Positions 46,491 to 58,811 of a stretch of DNA of 64,000 bases are shown here, one piece after another. Source of the stretch: Schizochytrium sp. TIO01 (taxonomy: Eukaryota; Protista; Bigyra: Labyrinthulomycetes); assembly GCA_004764695.1 (NCBI GenBank), contig SMSO01000025.1, positions 4,628,862 through 4,692,861 on the forward strand. The letters are read 5' to 3'. The notes under the pieces are model-generated. The model worked only from the letters and a program-made list of their open reading frames with translations, made no database searches and was not told the DNA's origin. The position numbers and the translations under genes were made by a program. Position 1 is the stretch's first letter, and the number at the start of each line of letters is the position of its first letter.

Positions 46491-47490
46491 AAAGGTTGCT
46501 CGATAACTCTCTCTGCCTTCAGCCTTCGGACAACCTTCAATTTTTCTTGCCAATATAATGTGTCTATCAATCAGAATTTCAAATCTCGTCAACTATGTCA
46601 GTCAATCTTATTTCCACTGTCTTTGGGAAAGGGGACAGAAGCTTTTACTAAAGGCAGCCAGTCAGATAGCTCTAAGAGTCAAGGACTAGATGTTTACATG
46701 TCCATTCCTTGTTAAACATAATTAAACTAAGCCTGTGAACTTCAGTTTCACTTGAACAGCTCTGCAAATACTTGACACACGTCCATGTTCTTTTCACACA
46801 TAAGCTTTGGACACTGCTCAAAGTCGCCCTTTATTACGTCAACTCTGTGGTAGAACTACTGCGTCTTTGGAATGGGCGTTCTTCTGTTATCTACGTTTTC
46901 AAATGTAGATACAATTGTTGTGGTTTATGTTGAGTGATGTAAGCCAAGTGCATGACGACGTAAGTCAAGTACATGGCGCCATCTCAAATATATACACTGA
47001 CTATCTAGAGCATCTTCATGTGAAAAAATATCCTCGTCTTAGATTCGGTCCAGAAACATGGAAATGACTCCACCTCCATGAATATAACCAGAACCAAAGG
47101 TAATGTTTTTAGAGTGTCTATGATATCAACCTTATCTGGTTGGTCTCTGATGAAGCAGACCATTCTCCTTCTTAAGCACATTCGGTATCATTTTACCGAG
47201 GGTGCATAAAAAGGTGACTTTGCGGGACTGTTCTTGTACTGAACATGGCAGCTTTTGAATTTCGTATGTCTCAGCTCAGCAACATGATCTTAGAACGTCG
47301 AATTGGGAATGCACATTTCATATGCCGAGGACCTGCTTAGTTGATTTTACGCCGTTGAGAGGGTCTTCTTCTCTTTCAATATGAGATCTCCAGAGTTCAG
47401 CACCTACGCAGCTAGCTAGCTGTTGAACACAATTTCTCAGTGCCATAGTACCACGGAAGTGAATCCTTCTTCACCTCGATTGGGCTCTAT

Positions 47491-47526
47491 CCGCAGAGCT
47501 CCGCAGAGCTCCGCAGAGCTCCGCAG
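47491..47526. repeat. 10-bp tandem repeat CCGCAGAGCT x3.6
   Basis: Three exact copies plus a partial copy. Confidence 0.9.
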
Positions 47527-48340
47527 CTACACCATGGGCCATAAAATAGCCATCCCAATCTCTCCCCAGCCCCACCCTGTTGACAGCAAATTGTATGAAT
47601 TCCTCGCGGCAATTTCAACCATCACGAAGGCAGCATGGGAACAAACATCGATCATTCTATTACAAAATGAATGTAAACCTCCACGAAGGAATCCGCGCTA
47701 GCCGGCAACCACGTCCATAGCCCAGTCGCTTTGGAAACGCGGACCATCCCGTCTTGTGTTCCAGTACTGCATTGCGCGGCACTCTTCCATTCCCATATTG
47801 CTTCGCACGATTCTTCTTCAATCACACGTAAAACCAATTCTTTGGAGGGCCTAGCGCCGTCTTAGCGATTCTCCTAACGAGATCAATTGATTTTCAAGGT
47901 TATTTTTTCCAGCCGTTTCACATCACTTCTTGAAGAAGATGGAGTACTACAATGGTGTTTTTTCTTTCTTCTTGCGCACTCACGAATCCGGCTCAAGCTA
48001 TTCTCAGCAGAGCCCTGCGATCTTCTGCGGGGGCTCGAGGCTGCAGTCCAGTCCCGTGGTGGCGAGACGGAGCCGCCGCCGCTTGCCCGAGGCTGTCTGT
48101 CTGGTTGTCCTGCTCGGCAGAGCAGCCAGGAGGATTGCTGATTGCACGCGGTGGCAAAATTCGCGCTTCGTTTCATTGACATCTTGCTTCTGCTGACGTT
48201 TCACAAGTTGAGGCCATCGGCCTCGAAGAAGCTCAAGGATACCTTGCCAGCTTGAGCATACGTAGGGACTGGAGGCTGCAGGTCCAAGGGAGCTGAGGCC
48301 GAGGACTTTCCTAGACCTTGATAGCCTCTCTTCACTTCCT

Positions 48341-49135
48341 ATGTCCTCGGTGTCCGGAGGGGGCTCAGAACGGGCACGCAGACGTCCAGCATCTTCTGGA
48401 GTAACACGATCTTCAATATGGACGTCAGCCATGGGACCCCGGCCTGAAACTGCAGCACCTTTGAGTAATTATGCTCCAAATGATATGTTTGAAGTCGCAG
48501 AGTTTCTGCAAGGCTTATACCCTGCCGAAGATTACCAAGTTGACATTGTGCTGGCAGATGCCGAAGGCGCAGCCACTGACCTACATCTCTGGCACCAACA
48601 ACAAAAGCAACAGCAACAGCAGCAGCACAGGATGGACCAGGAGCAACATTTCAATTCGCAAAACTGTGATCCAAACCAAGTTACGCCCGATATAGTAAGC
48701 ACAATGGGCATCACTAACGAGAGCACCCAAAAGCCACCGGCGAGACCCACTGGATCCCGCATAAGGCAACGCCGGCAGCGGACAGAGAAGAATAAATTTC
48801 AGCGTACCTTGGACCTCTCATCAGACTCTCGTGAGGGGCTTTTAGAAGATGCTGAGCAGCGCAAGGCTGCAATTATTGCACGCGGACCTCGTCCACGCTC
48901 AGGACAGCTTTTCGACCCAGCCTGGGATACCAAGAAGTTACAGGACAATGTTTTCTCGGAAACGGCTCATCGCGCGGAGCCTTTAAGATCGCACGAACCC
49001 TCATCGAGGTCTGTATTAAACCCCCGTCACACTACTCAACGTCGTCGTGAATTTCGATATCAGACATTCCAGCGTGAAGATGACAGTAATGATTATAATA
49101 TTCGACATCATAATCAGCAGCAGTATCATCATCAT

Positions 49136-49179
<44 letters not shown>

Positions 49180-49432
49180 TCATCATCGCCATCAAGAGCG
49201 TCCCCGTCCCCCCACCGTTGATTCACTTCCGCTTGCACAGCTTGAGGCTCGGATCCCCGACATTGAACGAGCTCGAAGCACTCAACGCTCAAGGAATACA
49301 AATGAGGAATCAAATAGCTACACCACCGCTGGACCCTTTTCCTCATCCTCAGTTTCACTCGCTGAAGCTCGTGCGTTCGCGAGCCAATGGAGAAGTACGC
49401 AGCAGGCATCAGCATTCCCCCCAAACAAGTAA
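48341..49432 (+). CDS. Hypothetical Gln/Arg-rich disordered protein (363 aa)
   Basis: Long ORF with two poly-Q/H tracts and no recognised domain; start uncertain. Confidence 0.65.
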
Positions 49433-50399
49433 AATCGAAATTTGCAGAGTTTCTATAATGTACGCATATCGCGGTATATTTGAAAATAAGGATCAAAATG
49501 AAACCACGCCATGATGGAATTCAATAAAGCGAACTGCCATACATTATGCGACCAGTAGGTCTCTTCAGTAAATATATTTCATTCTCTCTCTTCCACCTCT
49601 CCCATCATTCTCGAAACAAGTGAACCACCGTTTTCTGAGGCTATCTCCTTTTCTACCATGGTATCAGCCATTAATGATATACATTTCTCAGCCTACGAGA
49701 TGTGACACACCCATTGATACTCTGATTCAAGTTATGACTAAGAACTCCTGGGCTCAAGTTCCATATTCGTTTTTCTCACGAATGAAGATTGGCAATCCTT
49801 GTAAACATCTAAACGCACAAACGCTTCTCTTCAGGTCCTGAATTATCAAGTGCTACTCAGCGGTTTGCCCACATGTTCTTCAACTTTCTCATGCCTTCGC
49901 ATCCCCTCTGAAGAACTTCTACATCATACGAATAACAGCATCCAGCGCAACGGGTCTTATCAACATTAACTGACTCCGTGAATGGTTTGTAATTTCTACA
50001 GTTTAGAACCAGTAAATAGCAATTCTTTAAACTTAGTCTTGTAGCATAAAACCACTAGCACTGATCGGTACACAGCCCTTTTGTCAATCAAGGCCTGGGC
50101 TTCGACGAAGAATAGGTCTTGTCATTCACGAAGCTCGTTGCCGCGCGGCTCCCGAAGACTCAGCCGGGACAGAGTCCACACAAAGGCTGGCTGAGCTAAC
50201 CAGATTCCTCCACAGCCTTCGTTGTTTGCGTTAGCGCTTGCCTTTCCTACGTCTGTCAAGGAGTTCGGGATCGACCTCGTTGACGGGTTTTTCCCATCGA
50301 GCTCGACAAAGCGTTTGAGACCGTCTTCGTAAAAAAGAAGACACACAAGGACTACCGCGTGCTCTTTCCGAAGCAAGGCAGAGATAGAAACTAATTATC

Positions 50400-52475
50400 A
50401 TGGCTTCAAAGGGCGCAAACAAACCCATATACTTTGCTCCAGGCGCCAGCAGGGCGGCTACAATATACAGGGACGGCGATGCTGTGGAGCCTGAAATCAG
50501 CGTGAATGTCCTCCGTGATACTCGGCCGCGGCCCTTTGCCACGCCAATAGTTAATGTTCATTTGAGCTCTTCATCATCAGACTCAACATGGTCTCCTTCA
50601 GCGAGCTCACGGGTGTCCTCAACTGTACAAGCTGCTCGCGATCACTTTGATGAGATCTTCAGCGAATTCAATACTACAATGGAAAGTGAATACGATGATG
50701 AATTTGAGGCACCGCCACTAACAGCTTATCTCGAGGAAAATCGTGCTCATGAAGTTCATCCTCATGATAAGCTTGATTGGTTCTATGGTGGATCAACCAG
50801 CGATAGCCCACCTCTCGCAAACCGCCCTCCGTTTATGGGAGCTGAGCTTGGGCGCGGGGCTCGTGGCAAAAAGACTGTAGGATTCTTCGATGACGCTCAT
50901 GCTGAAGGCCGCCGCCACATTACTGGTCATGTCATGGGAGAGGAGTCTGATCTTGTACCCTGGCGTGCATCTCCGACTGCTCAACTGACGAAAAATCCTT
51001 CAATTCGCCAGGAATCTGAAACCCATGCTAACTACCAGCCTCCGCCGAGTGACTGGAAGAAGCTTCCACGCGCGCACGCACCTCGTGAATCTCTCTCATT
51101 TGCAGATGGAATATTCACTGCAAAGGGCGCGCCTGCGCCCCCTCCACCTACGCCTCCAGTTGACCTCGAGCGAATGCGACAAGAATTTCATAAGGAAATG
51201 AGCCGTCTTCACGCAATCGATGAAAATAGCCCTGCGGTCTCTGAATACGATGCGGAATATTCTCCGCCTACTATTCAAGCTGTTCTCAATACCACAACAG
51301 CATCAATGGCCACCGCCCCACTGAGGAGTACGCGTCTCGGATCAGAATATGAAACCGCGTACAAAACTGCCTTACCAGAAGATTTTCAAGCTGTTAACAT
51401 GATTAAGCCTGCGGGTCGTCCTACAAAACCCACTCCTATTGGGCATCACATTTTTAGTGCATCTACTGCAGAACCTTGGACTTCGGAATACAAAACTGCC
51501 TTTACAGACCTGGAGAAGCGTCGTGTGGCAGAGAGCGCTGCACTTCTTGCAAAGGCCGAAAAGGAAGCAAAGCAATTAGCTGACCGCGCAACTAGAGAAC
51601 GCGCCTCCAATGCTAAGGCTGACGCTATCAGAGCTGCTCTTTCCGTAGATACTCTTCCAGGTTCTCCTTCACTTGCTGATGCAGCTCTCGCAGCTGCTCG
51701 CAAAACGAGCTCTACTGAATATCGTGATCGCTTCTGCCATGGTGGTGAAACAAGTGTCCTTCCTGACCCTGGGTTTGTTGCATCACCTCACTCTGTTATC
51801 GAACATCGACAGGAGCCCATGCTGTCTGAATATAACCATGAAATCGAGCACTTGGGGGTTCCCAAACCTGCTGCCTCGGGCCCACCAAAGCATACGTACA
51901 CGCCTGGTTATATTACTGAGTATGAAGGCTCGATTTGTGGTTACGATCTAAGACAGAATGTAAACAAACTTCACAACGAGCTCAATGAGATTGAGCATAC
52001 CACAATTCTGAAGCCTGCTTACGCGCTCAAGCCCGAAAGGAAACACAAGCACCGCCTTTTGAATGCAGAAACTGATCGTGGATATGTAGTCAAGTCGGAG
52101 TACATGCGAAAGTACAATGATCCTTTCACAATTTATAATAAGCATAAGTTTGCCCATCAGCAGACTGCGAAGCTTCCTGATGCAAAACTTGATAAAGCTG
52201 ATGTAACCCAAGCTCAAGCGAACGTTGTAGATACTGCAGAGAAGAAACTGGGTCTAAAGGGACCAAGTAAGCAGCTTGTCCTGACGCCTACGCATGAAGA
52301 ACTTCTCGAAAAGGCAAGTAAGGAAAATTTGAAATGGTGGAATGTAGAGGGCAAACGTCTTTGGTCGACCTACAATCCAGTCAATCTGCATCCTCGCTGG
52401 AACCCACTCGGAAATTACTACAAGACGCCTCAAACTGAGTACCAGCGCTCGTTTGCACAGAGACCAGCCAAATGA
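50400..52475 (+). CDS. [ST]EY-repeat protein, putative microtubule-binding protein (SAXO/MAP6 Mn-motif or MDM1-like)
   Basis: 691-aa ORF with nine [ST]EY-x3-[FYI] motifs (e.g. TSEYKTAF, STEYRDRF, KSEYMRKY, QTEYQRSF) in Pro-rich spacers. Confidence 0.7.
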   Translation: MASKGANKPIYFAPGASRAATIYRDGDAVEPEISVNVLRDTRPRPFATPIVNVHLSSSSSDSTWSPSASSRVSSTVQAARDHFDEIFSEFNTTMESEYDDEFEAPPLTAYLEENRAHEVHPHDKLDWFYGGSTSDSPPLANRPPFMGAELGRGARGKKTVGFFDDAHAEGRRHITGHVMGEESDLVPWRASPTAQLTKNPSIRQESETHANYQPPPSDWKKLPRAHAPRESLSFADGIFTAKGAPAPPPPTPPVDLERMRQEFHKEMSRLHAIDENSPAVSEYDAEYSPPTIQAVLNTTTASMATAPLRSTRLGSEYETAYKTALPEDFQAVNMIKPAGRPTKPTPIGHHIFSASTAEPWTSEYKTAFTDLEKRRVAESAALLAKAEKEAKQLADRATRERASNAKADAIRAALSVDTLPGSPSLADAALAAARKTSSTEYRDRFCHGGETSVLPDPGFVASPHSVIEHRQEPMLSEYNHEIEHLGVPKPAASGPPKHTYTPGYITEYEGSICGYDLRQNVNKLHNELNEIEHTTILKPAYALKPERKHKHRLLNAETDRGYVVKSEYMRKYNDPFTIYNKHKFAHQQTAKLPDAKLDKADVTQAQANVVDTAEKKLGLKGPSKQLVLTPTHEELLEKASKENLKWWNVEGKRLWSTYNPVNLHPRWNPLGNYYKTPQTEYQRSFAQRPAK

Positions 52476-52828
52476 TATATATAGAGAATATAATTTTACC
52501 ATTTTCATGAAAATCTATCTCTTCAACAATCAGTTTACATTGTCCAAATGAATAGACTTCCCTTTTATAGGTGTGACTGTAGAAAAACAATCAAGGAAAG
52601 AATCCACCGTTTTTCTACTTTGTATTTTTAATGTTTAACAAATAAACTTTAAAATTAAATTATAAGTTATTTCTCAATTATAAGGCATATTATCAACGTG
52701 GTAGTTTAGTTAATCCCTCATAATCGTGCCGGAGTGGACCTGTTGATGTCAATGAAAGGAATGGCAAAAAAAAGCAAAAAACAGGAAGGTTGTTTCTCCA
52801 TCCCAAAACAAAAAGCTGCAGAGGCGAA

Positions 52829-54172
52829 TTAAAACTCCTGGGGCTTCGCTGGGGTGATGGTGCCTACGCATTCGCCAAAGCCAACACGAAAGCCATCTCC
52901 CTGACACCAGCCAGTCATGATGACTGTGTCATTGTCCTTGATGAACTTTCGCTCGACACCTTCCTTAATTTGAATAGGCTTGGTACCCTTCCAGCAAATT
53001 TCAAGCATGGATCCATAAGTGCCTTCCTCGTCTCCACTAATTGTACCGGAACCGAGCAAATCGCCAGGACGCATTTCGCAACCTGTTACAGTGTGGTGAG
53101 CAAGCTGTTGGCGGTGAGTCCAATACATGTTCCGGTAGTTTGATTTGGTGACACAAAAAGGCTCCTTGCCAATATCGTCAGCCTTGATTGACACCTCAAG
53201 GTTGATATCGTAAGTGCTGTAACCTGGCTCGCGCAGGTAGGGCAGGGGTACAGGGTCGGTCTGCTCGCCAGCGCTGGTTTTGGCTGCAAAAGGTTTGAGG
53301 GCGTCTGTGGTAACCACCCAAGGAGAAATTGTAGAGGCAAAGTTCTTGGCGCCAAATGGTCCTAGAGGAACATACTCAAACTTTTGGATATCACGCGCAC
53401 TCCAATCATTGAGAAGGACGAATCCAAAAATATGATCTTCTGCATCTTCAACGCGAATGGGTTCTCCCATTTTGTTGCCCGGGCCTACAAAGACACCCAT
53501 CTCGAGCTCAAAATCAAGTAGCTTACAAGCGCCATAGTCCGAGCCCTGCTTGGGATCAGCCGGGTCCTTCTGTAGCTGACCGCACGGACGGCGGACAGGG
53601 GTGCCACTCTTAACCACAGTGGATGCACGGCCATGGTATCCAATGGGCATATGCATCCACGCAGCCGGGAGGGCATTTTCTTTGCCCCGAAACATGATGC
53701 CAACGTTGGTGGCGTGTTGGCGAGACGCGTAAAAATCAGTGTAGTCGCCGATTTTTGCAGGAAGGTGCATTTCTACATCCTGAATGGGAATCAGCGCCTT
53801 TGCACGAAGGTCAGAGTTATCTTTAAGGGTTGGCTCATTCTCATCGAGAAGCTTCTGAATAGTCTGTCGAGCTGATGTCCAGGCGGGACGACCCATGCCC
53901 ATGAAGGCATTAAGTGAGTCTTCTGCAAAACAGCTCGAGTCGAATCCTTCAAAGAGTCCTGCTTCGTGGATGGCCTCAAGGTCAAGTACAAAGTCTCCAA
54001 TCCGGATGCCCACGCGAGGCTTCGTGTTCACGTTCATTGACGAAAACACTCCATAGGGCAAGTTCTGCAACGAAAAGTGGGACTCGGGGTCCACGTTCAC
54101 GAAGCTCACACCCGACATCTTTACCTCTTCTTCTACGCGAGATCGCTTAGCCTCAGGCTCTTCGCCACTCAT
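52829..54172 (-). CDS. FAH: Fumarylacetoacetase
   Basis: HFSLQNLPYGVFS, IGDYTDFYASRQHATNVG, PIGYHGRAS, LDFELEMG, LNDWSARDIQKFEYVPLGPF, PGDLLGSGTISG. In-frame ATGs at 54172 and 54118. Confidence 0.97.
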   Translation of the reverse strand: MSGEEPEAKRSRVEEEVKMSGVSFVNVDPESHFSLQNLPYGVFSSMNVNTKPRVGIRIGDFVLDLEAIHEAGLFEGFDSSCFAEDSLNAFMGMGRPAWTSARQTIQKLLDENEPTLKDNSDLRAKALIPIQDVEMHLPAKIGDYTDFYASRQHATNVGIMFRGKENALPAAWMHMPIGYHGRASTVVKSGTPVRRPCGQLQKDPADPKQGSDYGACKLLDFELEMGVFVGPGNKMGEPIRVEDAEDHIFGFVLLNDWSARDIQKFEYVPLGPFGAKNFASTISPWVVTTDALKPFAAKTSAGEQTDPVPLPYLREPGYSTYDINLEVSIKADDIGKEPFCVTKSNYRNMYWTHRQQLAHHTVTGCEMRPGDLLGSGTISGDEEGTYGSMLEICWKGTKPIQIKEGVERKFIKDNDTVIMTGWCQGDGFRVGFGECVGTITPAKPQEF

Positions 54173-55441
54173 CACCAGCTTTCCCAAGTTCAACCTAGAT
54201 GGAGCCTGTCTTCGTGCTCTGGCGAAGATCTAACTTTGCAAGGCGAAGATTCTTCTTTGGCGTTGTGGATTTGCTTTCCGGATCCCAACTCGAAACCAAA
54301 AAGAACTCATTAAAGGAAGCTATACGGTATCTTGTTGGTCCTAATTAACAGTACCTTTTTAGTCCCACTCAATTCTGCCAGGCACAAAATCTGCGTCTCA
54401 CTTGTGTGCCAAATTCGCGCCGCTTCAGACTTCATTCCCATAGCGATTTGTAGATTGCTGAGATTTTGGGGACCTTGAGATTGGGTGCTTTGGAGGGCAT
54501 TTACAACGTCTGGAGCTATGACAGGCCTTTGCGAGCGAACTTACATTTGCCATGCATGAGTTGGCGAACTACGTGCGAAGAGAAGAGTTCCTGGAGTTGA
54601 TATCAATAGCAGGACAACAGGGCGGATCTGATGAGAAAAAAGCAGATCATAAAGGACCACAAACAATGATGCTCATGGGAGATTCGCTGTTCGCAACGGC
54701 GGTGGGAACTCCGGCGCCAGGCTCAGTAGACAAAAATCATATAAGAGAACTCGGCACCTCGTTGGTCGTTACGCTGTATATGATTCTCCTATGAAGCTTT
54801 TGATACTTGGACCTAAACCCAAGTCCACCTTCGTTTGGGTTCTCCAGGTTGGTTTTCCTCAATTCTATAGTCCCATTGTTTTTGTTTTTTCGTTAGAAAA
54901 ATATTTATTTACGAATAGTTAAAAAATAATATCTCAATGATATATATATATACGTCATTGTAGTGTAAATAAATTACCCGTCAATTAGGCCTGTCATAGT
55001 GAGGTTGGATATAAAAAAAACTGTTTTACGACAATGCATTATCGTACCTAGACTCGGCAAGCCGTGTGGTTTTCTCTCCAGAAGCTGGCTTGAGATAGGT
55101 TATCCAGGCCTGGGTGACGCAGACCCCTTCGATGACCTCCCTGAAGGTGTTTAGCTTGCGTTTCTGCTTTGGCGGCGAGTTCTGGTGTATAAGGCTTGAG
55201 CATAATATTGCTATTGAAGTATGAATACTAGTTTACTATAGCAATTTGTTTTCATTTGATTGATCCAACACAAGTTGCTGTTGGAGCAGACTACGATCGG
55301 TAATCAAACACATCGTGAGCTCACGCTCACGCAGGAACAGGCGGTGCCTGATTCAATCGATTGATTTTACTCAAGTGTTCCGTCGTCGTGCACTTTCAGC
55401 GCACCTGCAGCTCAGGTGCTTGCAGGACACGGTAAAAGGCC

Positions 55442-56707
55442 ATGACGGGCAACAGCAGCACTGCCAACGGGGTTGAAAAGGATCCTCAAACGGCACCGCA
55501 ACAGAGTACAAGCGATGTCAAAGCCCGCTCAGGGTCCACAGGCTCAATGAGCTCTCTGAGTGGAAGCAGTGTAGCTCGCAGTGTAATTGTGAATCGTTGT
55601 GGAGCTCCCGAACGCATTGTTGATCTCCTGTATCGACGCGCACATGCATACCGCGTGCTTCTTATTTCACCGGGCAGTCCCTTGAGCAAATCTGGCCTTG
55701 TACCCTGGTTTGATTTCATCGTACGTGCTGGCGAGGTTGATCTTATTACAGAGGACGTCATTGGATGGAATGAGGAAGCCTTTCAGCGCCTTGTGGTTGC
55801 ATCTGAAGGCCAGCCACTTCGTCTGTCTGTGTTTAATTGCAAGAATCGCACTTTGCGCGAGGTAGTATTCACGCCTAGCAAGCGATGGGGTAGACGTAAT
55901 GATCTGGCTGGAATCCGGTTGTCATTTGATACCTATTTGGACTGCACGAGAGATGTTGTCCGAGTCATGGAAATCCAGGCAGACTCACCGGCTTTGCGGT
56001 CTGGACTGCAGGCGCGTAGCGATTTCATTCTCGGAACGATTTATGGGCAGAGCTTTCGCTCCAGCGCGGCTCTAGTTGCTACTATTCGCCGCTATCTGAA
56101 CAAGAGTCTCAATCTTTTTGTGTATTCTAGCGTTGCAGACACTGTTCGTATCGTGCAAGTCAGACCTACTGAAGCATGGTCTGGAGAGGGATTGTAAGTT
56201 TGTGTGAATTCATGTATATGTTTGCCTTGGCGTGAAAGAAACGCACTAGCATTATTATTCAATGTTTAGATTCGCAACGATGAGATATGACTTTGGTTCG
56301 GCATATCAGTTTACTGACGCTTTATGAAGTTTAATTTACATTTTATATTTGGCAGGTTGGGTTGCGACATTGGCATTGGCCAATCTCATATGATCCCAAC
56401 AGATGTTCGTGATAGTCTTGGCTCTTACCGGCCCGTGAATATTTCTTCATTATCTCAGCCATTAGCGAAGGATGATTCTGACGTTGTTGAATCTGTAGAA
56501 GATTACTACAGTTATGAGCGTGGAGCCCGAGCAAGATTTGTCCGTCATCACGTCTCCACGCGCGATGGTTATGGCGAGATCTTAGGTGAGCAGGAAAATG
56601 GTTCACTGCTAGTAGAACTCGATTGGAAGCTGGCTAATGGCGCCCTTGTTATCTGCCGCGTCTCACCTGGTAAATATGAGCGGTTGCCTGTTCTTTCCTC
56701 TAAATAA
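55442..56707 (+). CDS. GRASP55/65-like Golgi reassembly stacking protein, two exons: join(55442..56193,56356..56707)
   Basis: Tandem PDZ-like GRASP motifs SPLSKSGLVPWFDFI, VFTPSKRWG, SPALRSGL...DFILG. Splicing restores WSGEGLLGCDIGIG..H.IP; 367 aa. Confidence 0.88.
56194..56355 (+). other. Spliceosomal GT-AG intron (162 nt) in the GRASP-like gene
   Basis: Donor GTAAGT at 56194, branch-like TACTGAC at about 56313, acceptor TTTGGCAG ending 56355; splicing joins the conserved motif in frame. Confidence 0.88.
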
Positions 56708-57708
56708 TCATCCAATTACTTCTCTACTTCTAATAGGTACTTACTACAATATGTTTCTTTTATTTTCTTCACGAACAGTTGTGGCTCATGAAAATCTTTC
56801 CCTGGGCCTTCTATACACGACCAAAGCAAACGCTTGGCTAGAGATTAGAACATACTATACCAAAAGAGTCCTTGTTATCACTTGCTTTCCAGATGCTCCA
56901 TTCAATTTTAATATCGTACAGTGTATCGCGGGTCGATTTACTATTTTGCTCCAGTCCTCTAGGGAGCAATTGGCATATATCATTTCGCTAAAAGTGAACT
57001 TTAGTAACGATATCCCCTGCGTTGTTTTCCTCGAGTTTTGAATTTTATTTTTTTAAACCCAGATTAGTCGTAGCAGTGCTTGAAATTCCCGAAGTTGCAA
57101 TTCAACAATTTTACCATAGGGTTGCTGAGGCGTTTCGCCATCACTCAATGATAATTGTCTTCCATCCCTGCAACAGTTCACGCTTTTGTATGTCTCACAT
57201 GACTTCGTTTAAGAAATAGCTACCATCATGATAGTGTTGTCGTCCGATGATCAAACTCAGTAGATTGGGGTTGTGAGAGGTACGAAACTGAGTCTCCCAC
57301 GTTCGCGAAGCCACACTAGTATAAAGGCGTGCGCAATATTCCTAAATTGCAAGTTCTATCCTCCAGAAACATAGCTAATAAGGATGACAGGCTCGCTTCG
57401 GTCCTCATCATGAGCGTGCGCAAACCTATCTTCTGCTTGTTAATCTTCAAGTGGGATTCTTTATAGGCAAAGCTTCGCAGACTTAACCATAGATAAAATT
57501 AGGTTTCATAAGTAGGTAGGCTCTACCGAAGTAGCACCAATTTAGTGAACATTATGGCACTGGCAAATCTGGCAACGGTTTTGATATAAGACAAAACTCT
57601 TCTTTCTTTTTTTAGCCATCCGACTCGATAACCAATTCAACTCGAGGTTTCGTTTCAAAGCTCAAATTGCTACCCAGCTGTAGACATGTTTCGTTGTCAG
57701 AATCTCAC

Positions 57709-58047
57709 CTCTCTCGCATTTTTTAAACCAGCAGCACCGATTTGGGTTATTTCCCTCTCCGTCTCCACGTACGCCACACGCGTGCATACCATATGTAGCA
57801 TCGAGCCCCTGAATGTCAGCAGCCACTCATCGAGCCTCTGGCCTTCATTAACCTCGTCGCAATTCTACTGAGAAGGTGCCGTGGATAGATACAGAGCCGT
57901 GCTCCTGCCAAAGTTGGCCAATCCGGAGTCCTCGTGGCCCTTGAGCTGTGTATTGAAGTTGATGAGCTCATTCGTGCTCACCATTTGCACGCATCCCAGC
58001 ACTTCCATGCACATCCTGGACTTCCGTCTTTCCACCTTAAACCTACC
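57709..58047 (-). pseudogene. Exon-like 113-codon segment with one internal TAG
   Basis: Bounded by acceptor-like TTCTCTGCTTTATCAG and donor-like GTGAGA, phase 0 at both ends; the only stop is TAG at 57867-57865; no family recognised. Confidence 0.3.
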
Positions 58048-58771
58048 CTGATAAAGCAGAGAACTATCCCTTATTTTAAGGTTGATCTCTTCTGGGTGTG
58101 CACGTGTCTCTTTGTTTCTTCCATTAACATTATAGTTTTTGGAGTGTTTTTCCTTTTATTAGTTTAGAAAAGGTTTTCTTAAGAGTGGTTTTGCCAAAAG
58201 AGAGAAACAATCGATTGTAAAATCTCAGAGCAGCTCTGCGATAGGCGACGCACGGAATTCACGGCGACCTGCGTTTGCAGCAGCAGAGGGTTGTGCCTCG
58301 CTCAGGTTATCGGGGTGGCAACCCCGAAGAGGGTTATCTCGGACAAAGCAACACCAATGAGAAACGCGGACAGGAAACAAGATTTTTAAAAAAAGAAAAA
58401 AAAAAGAAAAACAGCGCCGCTCGACTTTCAATGCAAATGATCATAAAAGAAGGTAAACTATCGACGATCGATCCGCCGCCCCAGCGAGGGAGGCGTGCGC
58501 CCGCTTGAGCAGGCGACAGGCCAGGGCAGTGCAGTAGCCTCCCAGCAAACTCGCAACTCACGCGCAGCCAGACCTCGGCAAACACACGAGGAGCACGGGC
58601 GTCTGTGTATCAGGCAGAGAGAGGCACGCGCTGGCTCCGTGGCGTCTTAGAGAGCTTTTTCTTCACGCGCCAAACTCTTCACTATAGACTAACCCAATAC
58701 TCTACAGTACTGCACTACAGGGTATAGGTATAGCTCATAGTAGGCGCAAGTGCGTTATAGGGAGAAGAATA

Positions 58772-58811
<40 letters not shown>
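58772..58811. repeat. (GATT)10 tetranucleotide microsatellite
   Basis: Ten perfect copies upstream of the small RKSLS gene. Confidence 0.95.

Noticed and set aside
57254-57292. Hammerhead-like ACTCAGTA...GAAACTGAGT
   Set aside because: Stem III and GAAA are present, but the CUGANGA core and stems I/II are missing.
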